A DNA stretch of 32,000 bases from Haloarchaeobius sp. DYHT-AS-18 (GCF_051207375.1 NZ_JBPJZD010000003.1:525612-557611); one strand, 5' to 3'; numbered from the stretch's first letter, positions 8,188 through 15,010 are shown. The notes: generated by a model not told the origin, from the letters alone. Numbers and translations: made by a program.

Positions 8188-9507
8188 ATGCGACCAGCCG
8201 TGACCGACCTCGACACGGGACAGGGCCCCCCGACGGCCATCCCGCTGCGCCACTTCCTCGTCGCCCTCGCCTTCCTCGCGGCCGGGATGGGCCTGTGGGT
8301 GATTCGACTGTACCCGACACCGCAGCGGGTAGCCCCGCCGCCCGCGGTGGTACACGCGGTCGTCGTGGGCTGGATCTGTCTCACCATCATGGGCGCGATG
8401 ACGCAGTTCGTCCCGGTGTGGTCGGGAGTGCGACTCCACTCGACCCGGCTGGCCAGACTCCAGTTGCCACTCGTCGCCGGCGGGGTCGTCGGAATCGTGG
8501 CCGGGTTCTGGTCGATGACGCTCTGGCTGGTGCCCGCGGGTGGGCTCCTCGCCGGTCTCGGCCTCTGGCTGTTCACCTACAACATCTGGCGGACGCTCCC
8601 GCCCCGTGGCGACCGCGACGTGACGGAGACCCACTTCGCGGTTGCACTCGCCTTCCTCTCGGCGGTCCCGGCGGTGGGACTCGCACTCGGTGCGGGATTC
8701 CTCGACCCGGCCGTACTCGACTCGCTCCCTCCCAGGGACAGGCTCGTGTCGGCACACGCCACCATGGCGGTGTTCGGGGTCATCCTGCCGACGGTGTTCG
8801 GGGCGCTCTACCAGCTCGCGGTGATGTTCGCCGGGACGAGCCTCGACGAGCGTGACCAACGATTCCAGCGCGTGGAGACGGCGGTGTACCCACTGGGTGT
8901 CGGCGTGCTCGCGGCAGGTCGGCTGCTGGATTCGTCGCCGGTCGCCCGCCTCGGCGGTGCCCTCGTCCTCGTGGGTGTGGCCGCCTTCACCGTCGTGTTA
9001 GGTCGAGTGCTCCGTCGCCGGACCGTCGAGACCACGCCGACGCTGGCCCGGTACGGGGTCGTCGCCGTCGCCCTCGCGTGCTGGGTGGTCCTGACGGTCC
9101 CAGCGTGGGTGGGCGGCGACCCGACGGCGGCGACGGCCCGGTACGGCGGCACTGGTGGGGTCGCCCTCCTGCTGTTCGGCGGGGTCGCCGTCGTGGTCGT
9201 CGGGAGCCTCTATCACGTGATTCCGTTCCTCGTCTGGCTGGAGCGCTACAGCGACCTGCTCGGCTACGAGCCGGTGCCGATGGTCGAGGACCTGTTCGAC
9301 CACCGGCTGGCGAGAGCCGACTTCTGGCTGGTGGTGGCCGGGACCGGACTGGTCGCCGGAGCCGACCTGCGCTGGGTCCCTGGAACGGTCTTCACCGGTG
9401 GGGTCGTGTTGCTGCTGACTGGCTTCCTGCTCGTGGCGGCCAACATGGGACTCGTCGTGCACCGGGATGCGGGCCAGCCCGACCGGGGCGCTGTTGACGC
9501 GGACTGA
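8188..9507 (+). CDS. 12-TM integral membrane protein with conserved His in several helices (tentatively NnrS-like)
   Basis: 439 aa with about 12 hydrophobic helices. Motifs: VHAVVVGWICLTIMGAMTQFVPVWSG, AHATMAVFGVILPTVFGALYQ, GSLYHVIPF. The operator sits at -44.5. Confidence 0.7.
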   Translation: MRPAVTDLDTGQGPPTAIPLRHFLVALAFLAAGMGLWVIRLYPTPQRVAPPPAVVHAVVVGWICLTIMGAMTQFVPVWSGVRLHSTRLARLQLPLVAGGVVGIVAGFWSMTLWLVPAGGLLAGLGLWLFTYNIWRTLPPRGDRDVTETHFAVALAFLSAVPAVGLALGAGFLDPAVLDSLPPRDRLVSAHATMAVFGVILPTVFGALYQLAVMFAGTSLDERDQRFQRVETAVYPLGVGVLAAGRLLDSSPVARLGGALVLVGVAAFTVVLGRVLRRRTVETTPTLARYGVVAVALACWVVLTVPAWVGGDPTAATARYGGTGGVALLLFGGVAVVVVGSLYHVIPFLVWLERYSDLLGYEPVPMVEDLFDHRLARADFWLVVAGTGLVAGADLRWVPGTVFTGGVVLLLTGFLLVAANMGLVVHRDAGQPDRGAVDAD

Positions 9508-9594
9508 GCCGGAACGGTCGGAGAACGATATAAATCACCCTGACAATCGAGGCAGGGCACTGTTATCCCGGCTGGGACAACGTAGAGGTGTATC

Positions 9595-9894
9595 ATGACA
9601 GACATCGCCGACCTGAACGAGTTCGAGTCGACCCCTCACGCGGAAGTGTTCGCTGCCCCCGGTCCTCGCGTGGTTCGGCTCCAGCTCGAAGCCGGAGACG
9701 AGATGCCCGAACACAGCCATCCGGGTGAGACCATCGTCCTGCACGTGCTCGCTGGTGAACTCGACCTCAGGCTCGACGGCGAACCGAATCATCTCCAGGG
9801 GGACGAACTGATCCGGTTCGACGGGGACCAGGACATCCAGCCGCGCGCCCTCTCGGACACGAAAGCGCTGCTGTTCTTCTGTACGACTGAGTGA
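9595..9894 (+). CDS. Cupin-domain protein
   Basis: 99 aa. HSHPGETIVLHVLAGELDLRLDGE is a typical cupin_2 metal-binding motif. A TATA-like GATATAAAT lies about 60 nt upstream. Confidence 0.75.
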   Translation: MTDIADLNEFESTPHAEVFAAPGPRVVRLQLEAGDEMPEHSHPGETIVLHVLAGELDLRLDGEPNHLQGDELIRFDGDQDIQPRALSDTKALLFFCTTE

Positions 9895-9984
9895 GCAAGA
9901 AGCGAATCGGGTGGGTGGGACGAGACCCTGCACTCTGGTCCTGCCCGATCCCGGTTGCCTGCACCGACTGGGTGCCTGCACCGA

Positions 9985-11172
9985 CTAGCGGTTCGCGCGC
10001 TCTCGAAAGAGACCCCCGAGGAGCCAGACGTGAGCCACGGCCCCGGCGAGTGCGCTGACACCGCCGAGGAGTTCGAAGACGGGGACGTCGAACGCGAGGC
10101 CGGTCACTCCCAGCACGAGCCCCACCAGCAGACAGGCGATCGCGCCGAGCGCCGTCCGGTCCCCAGCGCCCGGGAAGGTCCCGACCGCAGGCGGGTAGAA
10201 CTGGTAGCTCACGCCGACGATGGTCAGCCCGAGGAAGCCGACGAGATTCAGGCGGGCATGTGCGAGCCCGAGGCCGGGCTGGAGACCACCCAGCGCGAAC
10301 TGCAGGCCGAGGCCGACCCCGAGGCAGCCACACACTGCGCCCGCGAGCACGCCGTAGAACCCGACCCGACGGCGTTCGGACCGGTAGGAGAGCACCCCGA
10401 GCACGATGGCGAAGGCGACGACGGCCGAGGCTTCGAGGACGGCCCCGAGCCGGAACCACTGCCCGCTCGGGAGGTACGTGGCGATGAGCAACGGCCCACC
10501 TGCCGCGGCCGGAAAGACGAGCACAGGCGCGAACCGCGGCGGGGTGGCGACGAAGAAGCGCGGCAGCAATCGGAATCCCACGGCGAACACGAACAGTGCG
10601 CCGGTACCCGCCGCGAGCAGGTGGCTGGACCGGGCGAGGCTCCCATCGAACACCACCGGGAGACCGGTTTCGGCCGCGAGCACACCGTAAGACCCGAGCA
10701 GGAGATACACGAGAGCGACCGGGACGAACGCGTTCGCCACCCTGTCGAGTGCCTGCCGGTGCGTGTTCACGGCACCGGTCCCGGTCGCCGCACCGGAGAG
10801 GTCACCGCGGACCGTCCACAGCAGCGACCCGGCGAAGACGAGGACGCCGAGCGACCAGCAGAGCGCGCCGACTGTCCCGACCCACGCCGGGGAAGCCCGC
10901 AGTCCGTCGAGTGCAAGCAGGGCTGTCCCCCCGACCGAAAGCGGAAACTGGACGAATGGGGCGCGCGCCACGGCGAGTTCGCGGTCGAAGTACACCGGAA
11001 TCAGCGAGTAGCCCTTCCCGAACACGGTGTGCAGGACGAACCCGAACAGGACGAGGACGACCTCGACGCGTCTCGGGGTGCCGATAAGCGCGGCGAGTGC
11101 CCAGACGAGGAGGAAGAGCGCGCCGGTGAACACGAACCGGCGGGCCCACCTCGAGACCGTGGCGGTCGTCAT
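9985..11172 (-). CDS. 12-TM integral membrane protein related to the 8188-9507 product
   Basis: 395 aa starting MTTATVSRW (ATG at 11172). The upstream part of the 680-aa track ORF is Arg/Pro-rich and looks like an artefact. It shares AHA-x5-G-x4-T-x2-G-x2-YQ at identical spacing with the 8188 protein. Confidence 0.7.
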   Translation of the reverse strand: MTTATVSRWARRFVFTGALFLLVWALAALIGTPRRVEVVLVLFGFVLHTVFGKGYSLIPVYFDRELAVARAPFVQFPLSVGGTALLALDGLRASPAWVGTVGALCWSLGVLVFAGSLLWTVRGDLSGAATGTGAVNTHRQALDRVANAFVPVALVYLLLGSYGVLAAETGLPVVFDGSLARSSHLLAAGTGALFVFAVGFRLLPRFFVATPPRFAPVLVFPAAAGGPLLIATYLPSGQWFRLGAVLEASAVVAFAIVLGVLSYRSERRRVGFYGVLAGAVCGCLGVGLGLQFALGGLQPGLGLAHARLNLVGFLGLTIVGVSYQFYPPAVGTFPGAGDRTALGAIACLLVGLVLGVTGLAFDVPVFELLGGVSALAGAVAHVWLLGGLFRERANR

Positions 11173-11177
11173 CGCGC

Positions 11178-11759
11178 TCAGTACGGTGCCTGCGGGCCGG
11201 GCCCGGGCGGGACGTCGGAGCCGGTGGGTTCGAGGGCGTCGAGTTCGTCCGGGTGCGGAATCTGGCCGGTCTCGCGGAACTCGGTCTCCAGGACCGAGAG
11301 CACGTCGTTCGCGGTTGCACTCGCCTGGTGGGACGGAGCGATTCTGACCCGCACGAGGTCGTAGTCGTGTCGGTCGGAGAGCCCGTTCAGGGCCCGGAAC
11401 ACGGCCGTCACGAGGGTCTGCCCCTGCGGGCAGAACTCGGTCGTCGGGGTGAACTCGACGCGGAGGACGCCCTCCTCGTCCGACGACTCGGCGTACCGGA
11501 ATCCTGCATCGGGGTGTCGACTGTCCCGGTTGAGGCGCGCGAGGTTGTACCCGAAGGTCACGTCGTAGACGCCGCGTTCCTCGAAACACTCCCTGGCCAC
11601 CGAATGGACCCTGACGTGCGCATCGCCGGTCAGCACCTCGTGGCCGGCGAGGAACGGTCCCGGGTCGGGGAGGTGTTCGAGGACGAAGGCGTCCTGGGGG
11701 TCGAACGGCTCCTCCGTGCCATCGTCGTCGCTGCCAGAGAACGGTGATGGGAACTGCAT
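11178..11759 (-). CDS. Acidic hypothetical protein with a DUF59/MIP18-like T-x-T-x-x-x-C-P motif
   Basis: 193 aa from ATG 11759 (MQFPSPF). The track start at 11807 lies inside the palindromic operator. The motif VEFTPTTEFCPQGQTLVTAVFRAL resembles DUF59. Only 5 nt separate it from the downstream membrane gene. Confidence 0.6.
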   Translation of the reverse strand: MQFPSPFSGSDDDGTEEPFDPQDAFVLEHLPDPGPFLAGHEVLTGDAHVRVHSVARECFEERGVYDVTFGYNLARLNRDSRHPDAGFRYAESSDEEGVLRVEFTPTTEFCPQGQTLVTAVFRALNGLSDRHDYDLVRVRIAPSHQASATANDVLSVLETEFRETGQIPHPDELDALEPTGSDVPPGPGPQAPY

Positions 11760-11797
11760 CTCGTCCGTGCCTACGGACGCCTGCGTGGTATGGTTGC

Positions 11798-11815
11798 GCA
11801 CGAACATGTTCGTGC
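11798..11815. promoter_or_regulatory. Perfect 18-bp palindrome GCACGAACATGTTCGTGC (operator site 2)
   Basis: Lies between the rSAM stop (11856) and ATG 11759. Centre is 47.5 nt upstream of that ATG. Confidence 0.7.
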
Positions 11816-11855
11816 TCGCGGGACAGAAACGGGTGTCGCTCGAAACGGGCGACCC

Positions 11856-12977
11856 TCAATCGGCTGGGCCGCCGGTGCTCGCCTCGGGGTGGCGGTCCGG
11901 GAGCGGGCCGTCGTATCCCTTCGGCACGTACGGACAGAGCGGGTCGGCGGCGAGAGGGTCCCCGGTGACCGCGGCGGCACGGGACCGGCTCCCGCCACAG
12001 ACGCCGCGGAAGGGACAGGCACCGCACTTGCCGCCGAGTTCGTCGGGGTCGCGCAGTCGCTGGAAGAGGTCGGCGTTCCGGTAGACGTCGACGACATCGT
12101 CCCGTCGGACGTTCCCGGCTGGGTGTGGCAGGAACCCGGACGGGTACACCTCGCCGACGTGACTGACGAAGGCGAACCCGTCACCGGCCTTGATGCCAGC
12201 GCGACGCCCGATGGCGTCGGCCGCCGGCCGGTCGGTTCCGTCGTCCTCCCCGGCCGATTGCTGGATGGCGACGCGCCGGTAGTGGGGTGCCTCGGTCGTC
12301 TTCACCCCGAACTCCGCAGACTCGCTCACCTCGTGGAGCCAGCGCATCACCGATTCGGCCGTCTCCGGGGAGACCGGGTCCAGCAGGGCACCGCGCCCGA
12401 CCGGCACGAGGAAGAACACGGACCAGAGGACCGCACCGAGGTCGGCCACGAGTTCGCGGATCGCGGGGAGTTCGTCGACCGTCTGTGCACACACCGTCGT
12501 GTTGACCTGCAGTGGCAGCCCCACCTCGCGGGCGGCCCGCGCTGCCGCGACGGTGTCGTCGAAGCTCCCCTGCTCGCCCCGGAAGGCGTCGTGTGCCTCG
12601 GCGGAGCCGCCGTCGATGCTGAGGGCCATCCGACGAAGACCGGCGTCGGACAGGCGCTCGATTCGGTCGGGAGTGAGCGAGGACGTGCCACTGGGCGTGA
12701 GCGTCATCCTGAGCCCCTGCTCGGCCCCGAAAGTGACGAGCTCTGCGAGGTCGCCACGTGCCAGCGGGTCGCCGCCCGAAAGCACGACGAGCTGGCCGTC
12801 GCCGAACTCGCTGGCGTCTTCCAGGAGGCGCTTTCCTTCCTCGGTGGTCAGCTCGTCGGGGTGACGCTGTGGCTTCGCGTCGGCGCGACAGTGCTCGCAG
12901 GCGAGTTCGCACGCCTGCGTCACCTCCCAGACGAGCACGAACGGTCGTTCCTCGGTGTCGATGGTTGCCGGGTTCAT
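11856..12977 (-). CDS. Radical SAM enzyme with C-terminal SPASM/twitch-like Cys cluster
   Basis: 373 aa from ATG 12977. C23-x3-C27-x2-C30 (QACELACEHC) sits right at the N-terminus. C-terminal GKCGACPFRGVCGG...DPLCPY. Confidence 0.85.
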   Translation of the reverse strand: MNPATIDTEERPFVLVWEVTQACELACEHCRADAKPQRHPDELTTEEGKRLLEDASEFGDGQLVVLSGGDPLARGDLAELVTFGAEQGLRMTLTPSGTSSLTPDRIERLSDAGLRRMALSIDGGSAEAHDAFRGEQGSFDDTVAAARAAREVGLPLQVNTTVCAQTVDELPAIRELVADLGAVLWSVFFLVPVGRGALLDPVSPETAESVMRWLHEVSESAEFGVKTTEAPHYRRVAIQQSAGEDDGTDRPAADAIGRRAGIKAGDGFAFVSHVGEVYPSGFLPHPAGNVRRDDVVDVYRNADLFQRLRDPDELGGKCGACPFRGVCGGSRSRAAAVTGDPLAADPLCPYVPKGYDGPLPDRHPEASTGGPAD

Positions 12978-12979
12978 GG

Positions 12980-13285
12980 TCACTCGACGGAGACGCGGGT
13001 GACGTGCCCGCCACAGCCGCACTGTTCGACGTACTCGCAGCTGATGTCGTCGCCGAAACGGTCGGCGAGGTGCTCGAAGAGGTAGGTCTCGGGATGCCCG
13101 TGGTCGCCGTGAGTCACCAGGTTCACGTGGTTCCCGGCTGCCGTGTGCTCGACCGCCTCCACGGCCTGTGCGAGCACGAGGTCGCGGTCGTCGGCGTGGG
13201 CCGGCCGCTCCAGGTTCGCCGACCACGAGTTGTCGTGGACGGTGTCGGTGACCGGGTCGACTGCGTCGTGCGAGACTGGTGCCAT
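12980..13285 (-). CDS. His-rich 101-aa acidic protein ending ...CEYVEQCGCGGHVTRVSVE; putative rSAM substrate (CGCGG-motif protein)
   Basis: ATG at 13285. The stop is 2 nt from the rSAM start. 10 His and 3 Cys, all three Cys within the last 19 residues. The operator sits at -44.5. Confidence 0.7.
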   Translation of the reverse strand: MAPVSHDAVDPVTDTVHDNSWSANLERPAHADDRDLVLAQAVEAVEHTAAGNHVNLVTHGDHGHPETYLFEHLADRFGDDISCEYVEQCGCGGHVTRVSVE

Positions 13286-13323
13286 ACGCGAGAGTCGTTC
13301 CGGGACCCACGAAACCCTCATCG

Positions 13324-13335
13324 CGAACATGTTCG
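13324..13335. promoter_or_regulatory. Operator CGAACATGTTCG (site 3)
   Basis: Centre is 44.5 nt upstream of the minus-strand ATG at 13285. Confidence 0.7.
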
Positions 13336-13348
13336 TGGACACGGGGTG

Positions 13349-13360
13349 CGAACATCTTCG
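13349..13360. promoter_or_regulatory. Operator CGAACATCTTCG (site 4)
   Basis: Centre is 44.5 nt upstream of the plus-strand ATG at 13399. One central mismatch to the perfect palindrome. Confidence 0.65.
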
Positions 13361-13398
13361 GGGCAAACGACCTATGCCAGCCACCGGAATGGACGAAT

Positions 13399-13677
13399 AT
13401 GGCGGCGAAGACAGATCCACCGACGCTGTCCGCGTTCCTGGAACGGAGCAACGCGCCGACCGACGGCAGCCTGGACCGGCTCGACGTGGCGGACCTACCG
13501 CCACCACAGCCGCTCACGAAGACGCTCGAGCACCTCGCAGACCTCGACGGCGGCGTGCTGGTCCAGTTCAACGACCGAGCGCCCAAACACCTCTATCCGA
13601 AGCTGAACGAGCGGGGCTTCCGATACGAGACAGAGGAGATCGCCGGGCGCATCGTGACCCTCATCTGGCGGGGGTGA
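13399..13677 (+). CDS. DUF2249-like small protein (subtype 2)
   Basis: 92 aa from ATG 13399 (MAAKTDPP). LDVADLPPPQPLTKTLEHLADLDGGVLVQFNDRAPKHLYPKLNERGF. Confidence 0.65.
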   Translation: MAAKTDPPTLSAFLERSNAPTDGSLDRLDVADLPPPQPLTKTLEHLADLDGGVLVQFNDRAPKHLYPKLNERGFRYETEEIAGRIVTLIWRG

Positions 13678-13770
13678 CGGTCGCCAGACATCGATTCCTC
13701 ACCACCCACCCTCACCTCGGAGTCACCGCGGCCTCGGACCGCCGCCGGTGACCCACCTCACCTCAGTCGT

Positions 13771-13849
13771 TCCTCACACTCTTGCCCGACAGTCCTCACA
13801 CTCTTGCCCGATAGTCCTCACACTCTTGCCCGATAGTCCTCACACTCTG
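13771..13849. repeat. 22-bp tandem repeat TCCTCACACTCTTGCCCGA(C/T)AG, 3.6 copies
   Basis: Copies at 13771-13792, 13793-13814 and 13815-13836, plus a partial copy at 13837-13849. Sits in a CTCAC-rich stretch (about 13690-13870) between convergent genes. Confidence 0.9.
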
Positions 13850-13874
13850 CCTCGCCGAACCGCACACTCACCGC

Positions 13875-13890
13875 TTCGAAAAAGAGAGTA
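13875..13890 (-). terminator. Oligo-T terminator candidate for the minus-strand DUF2249 gene
   Basis: Plus-strand AAAAA at 13879-13883 gives T5 on the minus strand, 26 nt after the stop at 13909. Confidence 0.4.
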
Positions 13891-13908
13891 CCTGGGCAGC
13901 GGCAGCTG

Positions 13909-14142
13909 TCACTGCTTGGGCAGCGTCGCGATGAACTCGGTGTCGCTCACCTGGTCGAGTTCGTAGCCCTCGGCGTCGAAGTCGTCGCGCTCGGCCTGTA
14001 GCTGGTAGTACAGCGGCTGGGGGTCGTGGTCGTTGACCAGCGTCAACGCCTCTCCCGAGTCGAGCGCGTCGAACGCCTCGAATATCTTCTCGTGGCGGTT
14101 CCGCGGTGCGTACTCACGTGCGTCGATGGTCGTCTCGGTCAC
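13909..14142 (-). CDS. DUF2249-like small protein (subtype 1)
   Basis: 77 aa from GTG 14142, the only in-frame start before the domain. IDAREYAPRNRHEKIFEAFDALDSGEALTLVNDHDPQPLYYQL. The rest of the 317-aa track ORF is antisense to the regulator gene. Confidence 0.65.
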   Translation of the reverse strand: MTETTIDAREYAPRNRHEKIFEAFDALDSGEALTLVNDHDPQPLYYQLQAERDDFDAEGYELDQVSDTEFIATLPKQ

Positions 14143-14180
14143 AGGTGAACGGTCTCCGCGGTCCGTCGAAGTCGTTCTGC

Positions 14181-14192
14181 CGAACGTGTTCG
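14181..14192. promoter_or_regulatory. Operator CGAACGTGTTCG (site 5)
   Basis: Centre is 44.5 nt upstream of the minus-strand GTG at 14142. Confidence 0.65.
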
Positions 14193-14223
14193 TCGCCCGC
14201 GAGAGACAACCCGACCGTTCGGC

Positions 14224-14235
14224 CGAACATGTTCG
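14224..14235. promoter_or_regulatory. Operator CGAACATGTTCG (site 6)
   Basis: Centre is 51.5 nt upstream of ATG 14281. Confidence 0.65.
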
Positions 14236-14258
14236 TCGCCACTGTTTCCTCCCTGGGC

Positions 14259-14270
14259 CGAATACGTTCG
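14259..14270. promoter_or_regulatory. Operator CGAATACGTTCG (site 7)
   Basis: Centre is 16.5 nt upstream of ATG 14281, so it overlaps the expected core promoter or initiation region. Confidence 0.55.
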
Positions 14271-14280
14271 GGTAGGAACG

Positions 14281-14934
14281 ATGGCCCGAGCGAACCTGAC
14301 TATCACCGTGCCCGAAGACGTCTGGGTCGGCCGCGTCTCCAGAGCGTACCCGAATGCCCGGATCCGCATCCTCGCCGCGCTCCCCGACGGCGACCACGGG
14401 GTCGCCCTGGCGGAGGTGACGAGCGACCAGCTCCCCGACCTCGTCGGTGACATCCGGACCGCGGAGATGATCGTCGACCTGGACCTGCTCCAGCACCATG
14501 GCGAGACCGCCCTGATCCAGTTCGAGACCACGACGCCGCTGTTGCTCCAGCCCATCAAGAGTTCGGGTATCCCACTGGAGATGCCGTTCGACATCAAGGA
14601 CGGGCAGGCGAAGTGGGAGATAAACGCCCCGCAGGAGCACCTCTCCCGGCTCGGCGAGAAGCTCGAGGAGTTCGGTATCCCCTTCGACGTCGAAGAGCTT
14701 CGCCATCAGGTCGAACCCGACCCGGCACTCACCCCACGACAGCGGACCCTCATCGTCGAGGCAGTGGAGCGTGGCTACTACGATACGCCCCGGGAGTGCA
14801 CGCTGACCGACCTGGCCGAGGCGCTCGACCTCGCGAAGTCGACCTGTAGCGAGACGCTGCACCGCGCGGAGGAGACGATAATCAAGGAGTTCGTGGCGGA
14901 GCTTCCCGACTCGCAGGTGTCGCGAGAGGACTGA
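14281..14934 (+). CDS. HTH-10 (Bat/halobacterial type) DNA-binding transcription regulator
   Basis: 217 aa. The C-terminus LTPRQRTLIVEAVERGYYDTPRECTLTDLAEALDLAKSTCSETLHRAEETIIKEF is the characteristic HTH_10 domain. Confidence 0.8.
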   Translation: MARANLTITVPEDVWVGRVSRAYPNARIRILAALPDGDHGVALAEVTSDQLPDLVGDIRTAEMIVDLDLLQHHGETALIQFETTTPLLLQPIKSSGIPLEMPFDIKDGQAKWEINAPQEHLSRLGEKLEEFGIPFDVEELRHQVEPDPALTPRQRTLIVEAVERGYYDTPRECTLTDLAEALDLAKSTCSETLHRAEETIIKEFVAELPDSQVSRED

Positions 14935-14961
14935 CGGACCGACTGGGGTCGGCGAACGGGG

Positions 14962-14973
14962 CGAACACGTTCG
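14962..14973. promoter_or_regulatory. Operator CGAACACGTTCG (site 8), upstream of qNor
   Basis: Centre is 74.5 nt upstream of ATG 15042, which is 30 nt further than the -44.5 class. Confidence 0.65.
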
Positions 14974-15010
14974 GACACCTTCTCAGGTCGCGGTAGCTGG
15001 CCTGTAGTGC

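Noticed and set aside
9956-9986. 14-bp direct repeat TGCCTGCACCGACT x2 (9956-9969 and 9973-9986) downstream of the cupin gene.
   Set aside because: A short single duplication at convergent 3' ends that overlaps the stop of the 12-TM gene. No further copies or structure were seen.
11805-11807. ATG start codons lying inside the palindrome (CATG core), which give ORFs beginning MFV..., such as 11807(-), 13330(-), and others near 14229.
   Set aside because: The ATG is an intrinsic part of CGAACATGTTCG. Using it would place the operator inside the coding sequence and break the 44.5-nt phasing. These are ORF-caller artefacts.
11173-12027. N-terminal extensions of track ORFs: 9985-12027(-), 11856-13586(-) and 13909-14862(-).
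   Set aside because: The extensions run through neighbouring genes or intergenic operators and are Arg/Pro-rich. Internal starts at 11172, 12977 and 14142 give compact genes with sensible N-termini and consistent operator spacing.
13771-13849. The 22-bp tandem repeat as a CRISPR array.
   Set aside because: The repeats are directly adjacent with no spacers. The unit is shorter than typical CRISPR repeats, and there are no cas genes in the window.
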